The translations under genes were made by a program, and so were the position numbers. 64,000 bases of DNA, from assembly GCA_041653395.1 (NCBI GenBank), contig JBAZFK010000002.1, positions 33,215-97,214 on the forward strand, read 5' to 3'. Under the pieces are notes generated by a model. It was not told where the DNA came from, did no database searches, and saw nothing but the letters and a program-made list of their open reading frames with translations. Source of the stretch: Candidatus Nanoarchaeia archaeon (GTDB taxonomy: Archaea > Nanobdellota > Nanobdellia > Tiddalikarchaeales > Tiddalikarchaeaceae). How positions within the stretch are numbered: position 1 is the stretch's first letter; each line of letters opens with the position of its first letter. This document shows, piece by piece, positions 48,318 to 57,751 of the stretch.

Positions 48318-48567
48318 AATAATTAACAGGAAAAAATCTCTTTAAATATGTTTCTTAATTTTTAAAATAATAAAAAAAAGTTTATAAATAGATTATTTTC
48401 ATTTAGTTTATTATGGATAATGATATTGTTTCTAAAAAAATAAAGAATGCTCTTTTAAAGCTAGGGATTAATGAAGAGGATAAGATTGAAAATATATTAA
48501 AAGATTATAATTCTTGCGCAAATAAAAAATTTTTTAGGGATATTCAAAGGATTCTTATATTGGCGCT

Positions 48568-48981
48568 TTGATTTATAATTATTATAAACCTTTAATTAAT
48601 ATGGAATCAGTGTCAAGTGCAGTTAATTGTAGCGTTTTTTATTTAAAAAATGCATATTCCAGGTATTTAAGGGAAGAATATGTAATTCGAAAACCTAGAA
48701 ATAATTCTCTGGATGAAGTAATAAATTTTTACTCAAAAGATTTTTCAATCAATAAAGAATCTTTTATAAAAAAGCTTGAAAGTTTCACTAAGCCAAAATA
48801 TGAATTGGCAGTAAAAAGCATAAATAATGGCAATAAAGGAGCTATAGCTGCCTCCATTTATTTATTCACTGAAGACAAAATTCATGATAACCAAACAAAA
48901 ATATCCAGGCTTGTAGGAGTCACGGAAGTAACATTAAAAAATTGGGTGAAAAAAATAAAACCTAAATATTATAAAAGATAA
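48568..48981 (+). CDS. HTH DNA-binding protein
   Basis: C-terminal ISRLVGVTEVTLKNWVKK helix-turn-helix. Start may be an internal Met. Confidence 0.4.
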   Translation: MIYNYYKPLINMESVSSAVNCSVFYLKNAYSRYLREEYVIRKPRNNSLDEVINFYSKDFSINKESFIKKLESFTKPKYELAVKSINNGNKGAIAASIYLFTEDKIHDNQTKISRLVGVTEVTLKNWVKKIKPKYYKR

Positions 48982-49148
48982 TTCTAATAAAAAAAATACT
49001 AGATTATTACCTTATGAATGAAAAATTAAAGCAATTTTTCCAACCCTGGGAACTAAAACTAATAGAGATAATAGAAGAAGCTAAGAAAGAGAAGACAAAA
49101 AAGATAAAATTGAAATTAAAAATACATTATTGGAATAAATTAAATTAA

Positions 49149-49586
49149 TTATTTTTTAGCTAAGCTTTCACTTAAAGTTTCGTTTGGAAAGTATATTAAT
49201 ACTTTTTCGGTTTTGAATTCAATCATTTCATATTCTTTTCTAATTATTACTTTTAAATTATTATATTTTTTTTTGAAAAATTCATAATTATTCACTTTAA
49301 AATCTGGTGCACCCCTTTGTGTGCGTGTTTCATCATAAATTCTTATTTTTATTAAATTTAAAGGTCCATAAATAGTTTTAATTGGAATATTTAACCTAAA
49401 TATTTCTCCAGTTTTAACAGAGTCTATTAATTTACTAACTTTTTTTATTTCTTCTAGTAGTTTTTTTCTTTCAACTTCATCTTTTGGAAAAATATCAACA
49501 AAATCAATTAATAATTTTTCGGATATTACATTTTTAATTGCATTATTTGTTTCTTTAACAATTTCATTAACAATCTCATTTATCAT
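49149..49586 (-). CDS. hypothetical protein
   Basis: 145-aa ORF. Confidence 0.4.
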   Translation of the reverse strand: MINEIVNEIVKETNNAIKNVISEKLLIDFVDIFPKDEVERKKLLEEIKKVSKLIDSVKTGEIFRLNIPIKTIYGPLNLIKIRIYDETRTQRGAPDFKVNNYEFFKKKYNNLKVIIRKEYEMIEFKTEKVLIYFPNETLSESLAKK

Positions 49587-49734
49587 TCTTTAAACTATTA
49601 ATAGTTACTATAAAATTTTTTCTTTTTAACAAAAAATAAGTATTCTATTAATAGAAAATTCGGGAAAAGTTTATATAAAATCTCTGCCTCACTTAATCTT
49701 TGTAAATAAAAAAACGAGCAAAAATTAAGGGTGA

Positions 49735-49766
49735 TTGACCTTTTCTCAGACTCCCGGCAGGGGCAT
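49735..49766 (+). repeat. att-like repeat copy 3: element-side arm plus 14-nt tRNA-Arg(GCG) 3' core
   Basis: ttgaccttttctcagactcccggcaggggcat vs copy 2 ttaaccttttctttgtcgcccggcaggggcat. Confidence 0.55.
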
Positions 49767-49801
49767 AGAATCTTTATTAAAATATAAGAGTAACTTGAAT
49801 A

Positions 49802-49972
49802 ATGATGAATTTGCTTAAGAGTTTGATACTTGAAGAGGAGCGTAAAGGAAAATGCATTGTTTGCTACAGGGTTTTGGAGAATGAAGACTTATTCTGCATT
49901 GATAATGATAAGAAAGCCTGTTTTTGCTGCAATAATTGCAGGATTGAATGGCTAATGAAAAATAATAAATAA
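49802..49972 (+). CDS. small Cys-rich (TRASH/zinc-ribbon-like) protein
   Basis: 56-aa ORF not in the track. CIVC...C...CFCCNNC. Confidence 0.3.
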   Translation: MMNLLKSLILEEERKGKCIVCYRVLENEDLFCIDNDKKACFCCNNCRIEWLMKNNK

Positions 49973-50020
49973 TGCTGATTTAAGCAGATTTTTAAATAAA
50001 AAATCTTCAATATATTAATT

Positions 50021-50539
50021 ATGAATTTAAGCAATTATTGCGCTGAATTATCCAGATGGCTGCCTACAAAATATCATCCTGAAGTATATTTTGTTGGAGG
50101 AGTATTATTAAACAGGCAAATAACTGATGTTGATATCTTTGTTTATGGAAAACATGCTTCAGCTATAGAGATGAAGCTTTATGGTAAGTTTTTTTCAGAC
50201 AATAAGGAGCTTGAAGTCTTAACTTCTTTGTCAACAGATGATTTTGAAGACTCAAAGGGTAATAATTTAACTGAGTATATCCTTACTCAAGGACTAACCA
50301 AAAATATTTCAAGCTTCGGATTTAATAGATTAACTGTTGAGGGCTTGTTTTTGTCAAAGCTTGCAGCTTTTGAGCAGAGAGGGGATGAAACCTTAAAGGA
50401 TTTGGCTGATATTGAGTTTCTTCTTAAAAGATTTGAGAATAAAATTCCAGAAACTCTTATAACTATTATGAATGATTTTGATTTACATGAAACTTACTTA
50501 AGGATTGAAGAGTATGGCCAAAGATTCGACTATTATTAA
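50021..50539 (+). CDS. hypothetical protein
   Basis: 172-aa ORF. Confidence 0.4.
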   Translation: MNLSNYCAELSRWLPTKYHPEVYFVGGVLLNRQITDVDIFVYGKHASAIEMKLYGKFFSDNKELEVLTSLSTDDFEDSKGNNLTEYILTQGLTKNISSFGFNRLTVEGLFLSKLAAFEQRGDETLKDLADIEFLLKRFENKIPETLITIMNDFDLHETYLRIEEYGQRFDYY

Positions 50540-50605
50540 CACCCTTAATATATGTTTAAATAAGTATAATAAACTATATAAATCATAAGTTTTTATAATT
50601 ACACC

Positions 50606-50893
50606 ATGGGGGAAGAGAAAAGGAATAATCTAGTTAACTTATTTTTAAGAAATAAACCAGCATTTATTCTTATGAAAATACATGCTTGCTCAAGCAAATG
50701 CTACGCAAGCAACATCGCAAAAGAAGTTGACTGCACTTACTCCCATACAGTTAGGATTATCCAGCAATTAGAAAAGGAAGGGCTATTGACATTTGACAAA
50801 GCAGGAAGAATAAAGACTATAATTTTAACAAAGAAAGGAAAAGATATTTCAGAGAACTTAAAAAAACTAATGACTTTGTTTCACTTGGAATAA
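50606..50893 (+). CDS. winged-helix transcriptional regulator
   Basis: IAKEVDCTYSHTVRIIQQLEKEGLL recognition-helix plus wing pattern. Confidence 0.5.
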   Translation: MGEEKRNNLVNLFLRNKPAFILMKIHACSSKCYASNIAKEVDCTYSHTVRIIQQLEKEGLLTFDKAGRIKTIILTKKGKDISENLKKLMTLFHLE

Positions 50894-50896
50894 GAC

Positions 50897-51334
50897 TTAC
50901 CTAATTTCATCAATTTTTTCGCAGTATTCAAGTATCCTGTTAATTGAAGGCTCAATGAACTCTTGGATTATCTCTTTTTTGAACAACTCCTTTAAGCTCA
51001 TGAATTCAAAAATTCTGTAGCCGTAATCAGTTCTTTCAATCAAACCATAATCCTTAAGCCTTAATAAGTGCCTTCTTATATTATTAGGAGTCCCTCCGTC
51101 ATAATCTTTAAATGTTTTAATTATTAAATCAATGGGCAAATATTCATTGTTTTTGGCTGAAACAACGAAACTGTAAAATATCTCACTTATTATATCCCTT
51201 CCGTCTCCTGTTTGCAAAAGCCCTGTTGATATCAAGAATTTTCTGCATAGTTCCTTTAAATTTTCATCGCTTGGTTTTTCAAATCGCCTTAGAGTAATTT
51301 CGCTTAAAGGCTTATCATTGAACACCTTTTTCAT
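50897..51334 (-). CDS. winged-helix transcriptional regulator
   Basis: NNIRRHLLRLKDYGLIERTDYGYRI wHTH pattern. Confidence 0.45.
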   Translation of the reverse strand: MKKVFNDKPLSEITLRRFEKPSDENLKELCRKFLISTGLLQTGDGRDIISEIFYSFVVSAKNNEYLPIDLIIKTFKDYDGGTPNNIRRHLLRLKDYGLIERTDYGYRIFEFMSLKELFKKEIIQEFIEPSINRILEYCEKIDEIR

Positions 51335-51368
51335 AATCTTTTAATATAACACAGTATTATTTAATATT

Positions 51369-51719
51369 ATGGCTCAAGTGTCAACTGATAAGCTAATTAT
51401 AGGAGCTTCACTGATTTTCTTTGTAGGAATCTTTGTATTCGCAATAATTTTCAAGGCATTGACATTAATAGGCAGCGTGGAGGATTCAATAAGCGTGCTG
51501 GTTGGAAATGACCCTGAATCAATAGGTTACTATGTTGAAGTTTTCAGGATTTTGCCATGGATACTTGGATTTTTGTATGTTATTTTTGTAGGGGGAATAA
51601 TCTATGTGGTTGTTGCCAAAGGAAAGAAAGAGGAAGAGCCTCAAGAGATTGGGTTATTTGGAGAGAATCCCTCAGAAACAGTGGATGAGACTTTTGAGGA
51701 TATTTTTTATAAGAATTAA
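51369..51719 (+). CDS. small membrane protein
   Basis: two TM helices, acidic C-terminus. Confidence 0.4.
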   Translation: MAQVSTDKLIIGASLIFFVGIFVFAIIFKALTLIGSVEDSISVLVGNDPESIGYYVEVFRILPWILGFLYVIFVGGIIYVVVAKGKKEEEPQEIGLFGENPSETVDETFEDIFYKN

Positions 51720-52762
51720 GCGCAATAATAATAGCTTAGCCATTCAATCATTAGTATATAGATTGGGGATAAAATTATGTCGTTTCTTTTGCCTTCTTTG
51801 CTGAAAGTGATGAAACTTGAAGGATCAATAACTATTATCCTGTTTTTGTCAAATTTTTCAGAGATCATTAAATGCATTTCATTAAACCTGTTCATTGCTT
51901 GAACGCTTACAAATTGTTCAATTGGTTTTAAAAGAATCCACATTTGGTTTAAATTCTTAACCAAATACTCTTCAAGTATTAAGTTAATGAATTCTTCAGA
52001 CTGGACAGCGCAGCTTACTAATTTGCACTGCTCTAAAAACTGTATTTGGGCAGCTTTCTTGCATGAAGGGTACCTTGGGCCGTCACCTATAAAAAAAAGC
52101 ATTGGGATGTTTAATTCTTTAATCTTTTTAGAGGATTCAATGCACCACTCATGAAAGCTTTTGCTTTTGCTTAAGGCATTGAAATAAACAGGCAAATCAA
52201 CTAATTGGGACATTAATAAGGGTTCAATATTGATTTTATCCTCTAGTGAGTAAATAATAATAGTATTTAATACTGATAGGAAAGTGTTTGATGTTGTAGT
52301 GCTAGGAATAGTGATTGTTTCATTCTTTACTGGAATAAAAATCTCGTAGTTCTTATAGCCTTTAAGGCTTGAATAGATGCTGTCTTTGTCTCTGCTTTCA
52401 AGCTGAGTAATAATGATTATTGTTGCATTCTTTTTCTTTACCTCCTTAATTGCGTCAAGGATGTCAATATTTTTTCCCCTAACAGTTAAAAAAATCACTA
52501 AGGACTCCTTGCTTATTGATTCTGGAGTGTAATTCGCAAGAACTCTAGCATTGTAAACCTCGAATTTTTTGTCAGAATAAGCGTCAATTAAGTATTTTGA
52601 AATCAGTGGAATTATGAACTTATCCCCTTCTCCGCTGACTATGACATTGCTTGCAGAGTTAAGCATTCCAGCTAATTTTTTTAATTGCTCCTCATTTTCA
52701 GTGGAAATTCTTATTTTTTCATCCTGCATTTCCAGCAGTTTTTTCAAATCAGCAGATTTCAT
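51716..52762 (-). CDS. SIS-domain protein (sugar isomerase/aminotransferase-like)
   Basis: two SIS-like Rossmann segments (VIVSGEGDKFI..., LFFIGDGPRYP). Confidence 0.45.
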   Translation of the reverse strand: MKSADLKKLLEMQDEKIRISTENEEQLKKLAGMLNSASNVIVSGEGDKFIIPLISKYLIDAYSDKKFEVYNARVLANYTPESISKESLVIFLTVRGKNIDILDAIKEVKKKNATIIIITQLESRDKDSIYSSLKGYKNYEIFIPVKNETITIPSTTTSNTFLSVLNTIIIYSLEDKINIEPLLMSQLVDLPVYFNALSKSKSFHEWCIESSKKIKELNIPMLFFIGDGPRYPSCKKAAQIQFLEQCKLVSCAVQSEEFINLILEEYLVKNLNQMWILLKPIEQFVSVQAMNRFNEMHLMISEKFDKNRIIVIDPSSFITFSKEGKRNDIILSPIYILMIEWLSYYYCA

Positions 52763-52793
52763 AATTTAACATTATAAATCTATTATTAATAAA

Positions 52794-54092
52794 TTATTCT
52801 TTTTTCTTTTTTTGCTCTTTCTTCTTGGAATAAACCCTGAAATGATAATTTATTGGGTTCTTTATAGTTTCGCAAATGCTGTCTTTTTTGCACACTCCCA
52901 AATCCTGATAATACATTAAGTTGTCGCAATTAGGAGCTAAATATTCAGTTGATTTAAGGTTCCAATTAATTTGAGTTTTAACATATGATTCTTTTAAGGG
53001 CTCAGAGTTTTTGCTGTTCCATTCATTAATTATTTGCTCAATCTCTTCCTTTGAATAATTAGCGCTTTTGAAATAATTAATAAGTATAAACAATGCTCTT
53101 TTTTTGCCGTCTTCTAAGCCTTTCAATATTATCTTAATGCAAGGAGGGTACTTCTCAGGAGGTATTTTTTCATAATTTTTTTCAAAAACCTTTCTTTTGA
53201 AAACAGGCTCTGAAATTTTTTCTTCAATTTTTTTGGAAAAATCAAAGGCTTGCATGAATAATTCATTTGCTTCATTGGCAAAAGCTTTATCTCTTTGTAT
53301 AAAAGGCAGTATTTTTTTCACATTCTTAGGCTTAGCTTTTTCAGTTTCAAACCCCTCTATTTCATCTTTTTTTATTGGAACAGAAACCAGCCCTTTTTTT
53401 TCATTAATGCTGTAAGGCATTCTTATCAAATGCCTTGAAGATAAAGCTGCTGCATCAATTTCAAGAACAGAGTATGGATTAAATTCCTCCCCTTCAAATA
53501 ACTCTTTTTCGGATTTCGAAGTTTTGTCCATTATTTGCTCTACTGAATTGAGCTCAAGAATCATTTCTGACAGCTTTTTTCGCACAAAGGCTCTCAGATA
53601 AGACGCTATTTTTTGCGCAGCTTCAGGGAAAAGCTTTTCAACACCTAAGCCGTTCACTGTTTTTGGAAAGCATTCATAAGGAACTGCTATATGAAACCCT
53701 GAGCCTCCGCTGTATTTTACTGCATAATTTTTTATGCCATGATATTCTAATGCGTGGCATAATAGCTTTGCGCAAATTTTTGCATAATCAAACACTTTTG
53801 TGTCAATATCTATTATTAAGTCCCACCCTATTCTTAGCTCATCCATTTCAATCTTCGTGTTTGTTGCATTAAGGCTCATTGGATTTTTCCATCTTTCAAC
53901 GCTCATATGAAAGCTTACTGCACCATTCCTGACTTGGTCAATTATTTCCTGCTTATACATTAGAATTGACGGCCTCTGCCCGAAGAATCCTTTAAAAAAC
54001 ATTGTTGCAACTTCCCTGTCCTTTCCCTGGCTGATAAGCTCTGCCAAGATGTCATCATTATTGTAATATTTAAGCAGTTCGGCAATATTCAT
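52794..54092 (-). CDS. priS: DNA primase small subunit PriS (archaeo-eukaryotic primase)
   Basis: AEP motif I LIIDIDTK, motif II YSGGSGFHIAVP, PriS-like N-terminus, C-terminal Cys cluster. Confidence 0.7.
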   Translation of the reverse strand: MNIAELLKYYNNDDILAELISQGKDREVATMFFKGFFGQRPSILMYKQEIIDQVRNGAVSFHMSVERWKNPMSLNATNTKIEMDELRIGWDLIIDIDTKVFDYAKICAKLLCHALEYHGIKNYAVKYSGGSGFHIAVPYECFPKTVNGLGVEKLFPEAAQKIASYLRAFVRKKLSEMILELNSVEQIMDKTSKSEKELFEGEEFNPYSVLEIDAAALSSRHLIRMPYSINEKKGLVSVPIKKDEIEGFETEKAKPKNVKKILPFIQRDKAFANEANELFMQAFDFSKKIEEKISEPVFKRKVFEKNYEKIPPEKYPPCIKIILKGLEDGKKRALFILINYFKSANYSKEEIEQIINEWNSKNSEPLKESYVKTQINWNLKSTEYLAPNCDNLMYYQDLGVCKKDSICETIKNPINYHFRVYSKKKEQKKKKE

Positions 54093-54191
54093 TAAGTAGT
54101 TTGTTATAAGTTATTGAGTTAAAAGTTTTTATTTACTCAAAGTAGTAGTGATTTTAAGCGAAAAGAGCAATAAAAACAAAGGTTTTGCCAA

Positions 54192-56264
54192 TTACCTTAA
54201 ATACACTTTTTTTATAGCAGAAACTGATAAATTAAGGTTTTCTAAGAATTTTTTCGCATTTTTTGAATTATCAATGTCTTTTGAGAAAATTTTAGAGTCA
54301 ACTTCATTAATCTCAAGAGGCAGTTTGAAGTCAAATGCAGAATAATCATATAATGGCAATATTTTTCCATTCACTATACTAATGTAACCTTTATTTGTCA
54401 AATCCTTTAGTATAAAATCAAGGTCTTGGAATGAATAATTAAGGGCATTGAATAAGTAGGCAATGTTTGTCTGGCCTTTAGACATTATTAAATCAATCAC
54501 TGATTTAGATTTAGGACTAAAATTTGCATAAAATTCAGCTTCTTTTATTTTATTGTTTTCAATGTTTAATATTTTGCTTGCGTTTTCATTGATTAATAAA
54601 GAATATTCTTTGCTTGCCTGCATCACTTTTGCCAAATAAGCAGGAGTTAATTTATTTGAATTGTTAAGGTTTATTATTTCAATCTTCATTAAGTTTTTAG
54701 ATTCTTCTTCTTTTTCAATTATTTTTTTCTCAGCCACAACCTCATTTTTTTCAATTATTTGCTTTTCTGGCTTTATTTGCTTAATTGGCTCAATTATTTT
54801 TCTCTCTGCCTTTAACTTTTTTTCAGCAATGTATTCAGCTTCAGCCTTGAATGACACGCTTTTCCCTCCATGCAATGATTTTTTCACCCTAATGCGAGCA
54901 ATTAAAGGCCTTGGGCTTGCGCCAATTATTAATGCAGTTCCTATTGCAATGTTAGGTATATCATTTATTACATTAATATTAAGGTTTTCTGCACTGCTGC
55001 TTATTGCCTTAATATCATTAGGGTTTGTTACTTTATGGATTATTTGGGTATTACATTGGCTTAAAACATTCTTGTCAATTCTTGCAGGCCTTTGGGTTAC
55101 AACCCCTAAACCTAAGCCGAATTTTCTTCCTTCGCTTGCAATATTTCTTAAAATATAACTTGAGGGGCTTTCTCCGAAGCTTCTTTCAGGGCAGAAATTA
55201 TGAGCTTCTTCAACTATTAAAAAAAGAGGCGGAATCAACGATTTCTTCCTTTTTTCGAATAAGTCGCTGCATAATTTTGCAACTATTATTTTCTGAATCT
55301 CAGGATCAACGCCTTTAAGGTTAATAAGCGAAGCTTTTCCTGGAGTAACAAGGGATTCAACATTTACTGGATGCTTTGAAAAAATGCCTAAATTTTCCAA
55401 AAAATCAATGCAAGAATAAAGCCCATATTTGGCATTAGAATTAACCTCATCAATGCTTGCTTTAATATCAGCTAAATCATATTCCAAATTGTCCTTTTTT
55501 GCCTCAGAAATAGCATTGTATAGTATTCCTAGCTGCGTGCCTCCTATTTTGATAGGGGTAAGCATTGAGATTTCATGTGCTGACAAGCTGCTTATGTTTA
55601 TGGATAAGGGTATTGCTTCAGGATTAACAATAATATCTGGACTGTATTCAATAATCTTATCCTTGAAGCCTTTGGCTGAAACATCAAAATCCTTCATTTT
55701 ATCAAGCTCTGCAGGGTTATCATTAGGATATTTAAGGCTTGAATATTCTCCATGAGGGTCAATTATTACTATTGGTATGCCTTGCTCTAATAATTCTTCA
55801 ACAATTACTCCTAAAGTATAGCTTTTTCCAGCTCCTGTTTTTGCTAAAACTGCCAAATGCTTTGTTATTAATTTTTTTGCATCAATTTTCACTTTTATAG
55901 AGTTATAATTGTCAAGCATTCCTAAATACAAGCCTTCATTTTTGTCAAGCTCTAAGATTTTCTTAATAAATTCATCATCTGCTTTATAAATCTCAATGCC
56001 ACTGCTAATAGTTGTTTTTGGAACTTTAAGCAATCCTTCATTGTCTTTATAACCAATTACTTCGCAAGTGCAGGTGATTACATTGTTTTCATTGCTTAAA
56101 TCATTAACTTGGCATAATACAAAGCCAACTTCATCATGGTATAATTTTATATAATCAAACTTTTTCACTTTTCCTTGGGCTGTGAATGAAAAATTATTAG
56201 TGCTTATTTTTCCGCTTACAACTCCTAAGAAATCAACCATGTCATTAATGTTAAAATCCAACAT
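54192..56264 (-). CDS. HerA-like (FtsK/HerA superfamily) ATPase with N-terminal HAS-barrel and a ~200-aa C-terminal extension
   Basis: Walker A LAKTGAGKS, Walker B IVEEAH, VVTQRPARIDKNVLSQCNTQIIHKVTN motif. The extra C-terminal domain after the Lys-rich linker is not typical of canonical HerA. Confidence 0.7.
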   Translation of the reverse strand: MLDFNINDMVDFLGVVSGKISTNNFSFTAQGKVKKFDYIKLYHDEVGFVLCQVNDLSNENNVITCTCEVIGYKDNEGLLKVPKTTISSGIEIYKADDEFIKKILELDKNEGLYLGMLDNYNSIKVKIDAKKLITKHLAVLAKTGAGKSYTLGVIVEELLEQGIPIVIIDPHGEYSSLKYPNDNPAELDKMKDFDVSAKGFKDKIIEYSPDIIVNPEAIPLSINISSLSAHEISMLTPIKIGGTQLGILYNAISEAKKDNLEYDLADIKASIDEVNSNAKYGLYSCIDFLENLGIFSKHPVNVESLVTPGKASLINLKGVDPEIQKIIVAKLCSDLFEKRKKSLIPPLFLIVEEAHNFCPERSFGESPSSYILRNIASEGRKFGLGLGVVTQRPARIDKNVLSQCNTQIIHKVTNPNDIKAISSSAENLNINVINDIPNIAIGTALIIGASPRPLIARIRVKKSLHGGKSVSFKAEAEYIAEKKLKAERKIIEPIKQIKPEKQIIEKNEVVAEKKIIEKEEESKNLMKIEIINLNNSNKLTPAYLAKVMQASKEYSLLINENASKILNIENNKIKEAEFYANFSPKSKSVIDLIMSKGQTNIAYLFNALNYSFQDLDFILKDLTNKGYISIVNGKILPLYDYSAFDFKLPLEINEVDSKIFSKDIDNSKNAKKFLENLNLSVSAIKKVYLR

Positions 56265-56276
56265 TTTTAAGTTTTA

Positions 56277-56960
56277 TTAGTACTCTATTATTTTGGTTGC
56301 TACAGTGTCTTTAACCTGGTTTTTCAAAGGAGAGCTTATTGAAATCACTCTTTTAATTTTCAAAGCATCAAATCTTGATAAATTAACCAACTCTTCGCTA
56401 AATCCTGCTTTTCTCGCATTCAACAACACTGCATCATTATTGTTTAATACTACAAAAGGCTCTGAGCATTTTTTTAAAAAAGATTTGGAATAAAGCAAGG
56501 TTATGTTATGAATAGGGTTTATTTCATAGTAAATTATTCCATTCTTTGAGTAGCTTTTTTTGAACCTTTTAAAGATGCCTAACTCATTTATTACCTGCAA
56601 TGCATTGTCTTTAAACATAACAGTCTTGTCTAAAGAGCTGTAGAATAATTTCTCAGGCTCAAATAAGTACTGGGCTAAGTGATTAATAAAGGAGTAAATA
56701 TTAGTATTTTTATTAGCTATCACTAATTCAATAAACCTTAGTTTGGAATCATCCTTCATCCAATCAGGAAAATCATACTGGTTAATTATTGCTAATTTAT
56801 AATCTTTTATTCTGAAAAAATTAGGCTCATCATACATTTTAGCAATTAATAAAATATCTTCATTGCTTTCATACTGCCTTAATATTGCAGAAGGGTTAAA
56901 ATGCTTAATTACAGCGCTAAGCATAACCTCTTCAGCATTATCTGTGAAAAATACAATCAT
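56277..56960 (-). CDS. hypothetical protein co-oriented with the HerA-like gene
   Basis: 227-aa ORF, 12-nt gap to the HerA-like start. No NurA motifs seen. Confidence 0.4.
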   Translation of the reverse strand: MIVFFTDNAEEVMLSAVIKHFNPSAILRQYESNEDILLIAKMYDEPNFFRIKDYKLAIINQYDFPDWMKDDSKLRFIELVIANKNTNIYSFINHLAQYLFEPEKLFYSSLDKTVMFKDNALQVINELGIFKRFKKSYSKNGIIYYEINPIHNITLLYSKSFLKKCSEPFVVLNNNDAVLLNARKAGFSEELVNLSRFDALKIKRVISISSPLKNQVKDTVATKIIEY

Positions 56961-57064
56961 TAAATTAATAAAGGAAGTTTATTTATAAAGAGAATTGGAT
57001 AAAACTTCCCCTAATGCTCTATTAAAAATAAATATTTATATCTTATTAATCAAAATTAAGTATA

Positions 57065-57472
57065 TTAGTATCCTGTTTGTATATAAATTAATTCACCGCA
57101 AACACCACAAAAATGATATGTTCCTTTATAATCATCTGTAACTTTACTCATGTTAACAAGAGATTCAGTGTGCCCTTTTATGATACCGCAATTACTACAT
57201 TCATAAATATCCCATCGAAAATGTTTAAAATCCTGGATTCCATTATTATCTATAGTATAATAAATAAAACGATAAGTGCCAATATCTAAACAATCTTTTT
57301 TTAAGAATCCAATACCATTATATTCCTTTTTTATTAAATCGTCAAGTGATTTAAAAATAGTGCAGTTATTCCTGCTACATTCGAGCTTGTTTTTAACATT
57401 AATAATAACTATTTTAACTTCATTATCAATATGATCAAAAACATTCATCAGATTGTTGAATGTATTAATCAT
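57065..57472 (-). CDS. zinc-ribbon hypothetical protein
   Basis: CSNC ... CGVC pairs. Confidence 0.4.
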   Translation of the reverse strand: MINTFNNLMNVFDHIDNEVKIVIINVKNKLECSRNNCTIFKSLDDLIKKEYNGIGFLKKDCLDIGTYRFIYYTIDNNGIQDFKHFRWDIYECSNCGIIKGHTESLVNMSKVTDDYKGTYHFCGVCGELIYIQTGY

Positions 57473-57528
57473 TTAAATAGATTAACAAAAATAAATTTTC
57501 CCCAATCATTTAATAAAAAAATTGATTT

Positions 57529-57574
57529 GAGTCTGCCCGGATGAGCCCTTTGCTTCGCAAAGCCCTCGGGGAAA
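57529..57574 (-). other. tRNA-trailer element C (same family as 32345 and 33908), downstream of tRNA-Pro on the minus strand
   Basis: tRNA-sense: tttcccc GAGggctttgc gaa gcaaagggCTC atccgggcagactc. Outer stem gag/ctc covaries. Confidence 0.6.
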
Positions 57575-57590
57575 CTCAATTAAATTTATT

Positions 57591-57664
57591 TGAGTCTGCC
57601 CGGATTTGAACCGGGGCCACAAGGTCCCAAACCTCGAATCCTAACCAAGCTAGACTACAGACCC
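57591..57664 (-). tRNA. tRNA-Pro (anticodon TGG)
   Basis: Reverse complement gives acceptor gggtctg/cagactc, anticodon arm cgagg uuUGGga ccuug, T-arm ccggt ttcaaat ccggg. Confidence 0.8.
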
Positions 57665-57751
57665 AAATAATATTTTATATCAATTTTAGTGCTTTTAAAT
57701 ATTACTTTTTTATGATAATAAAAAAGATTAAAAAACAAGCAGTTTATATAA

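Larger units (their letters stand above)
43093..49734 (+). mobile_element. putative integrated island 2 (about 6.6 kb) between att-like copies 2 and 3
   Basis: Bounded by repeats sharing Raccttttct-N6-cccggcaggggcat. Cargo is strand-mixed accessory genes. Confidence 0.4.

Noticed and set aside
54661-55755. Antisense ORFs within the HerA-like gene (54661..55158, 55025..55318, 55429..55755) and within ftsY, srp54 and eIF6
   Set aside because: These are opposite-strand frames inside strongly supported genes.
56277-56960. Calling the 227-aa gene next to the HerA-like gene NurA
   Set aside because: It is much shorter than NurA and lacks the N-terminal D-G-S or other RNase-H-like catalytic motifs that I could recognise.
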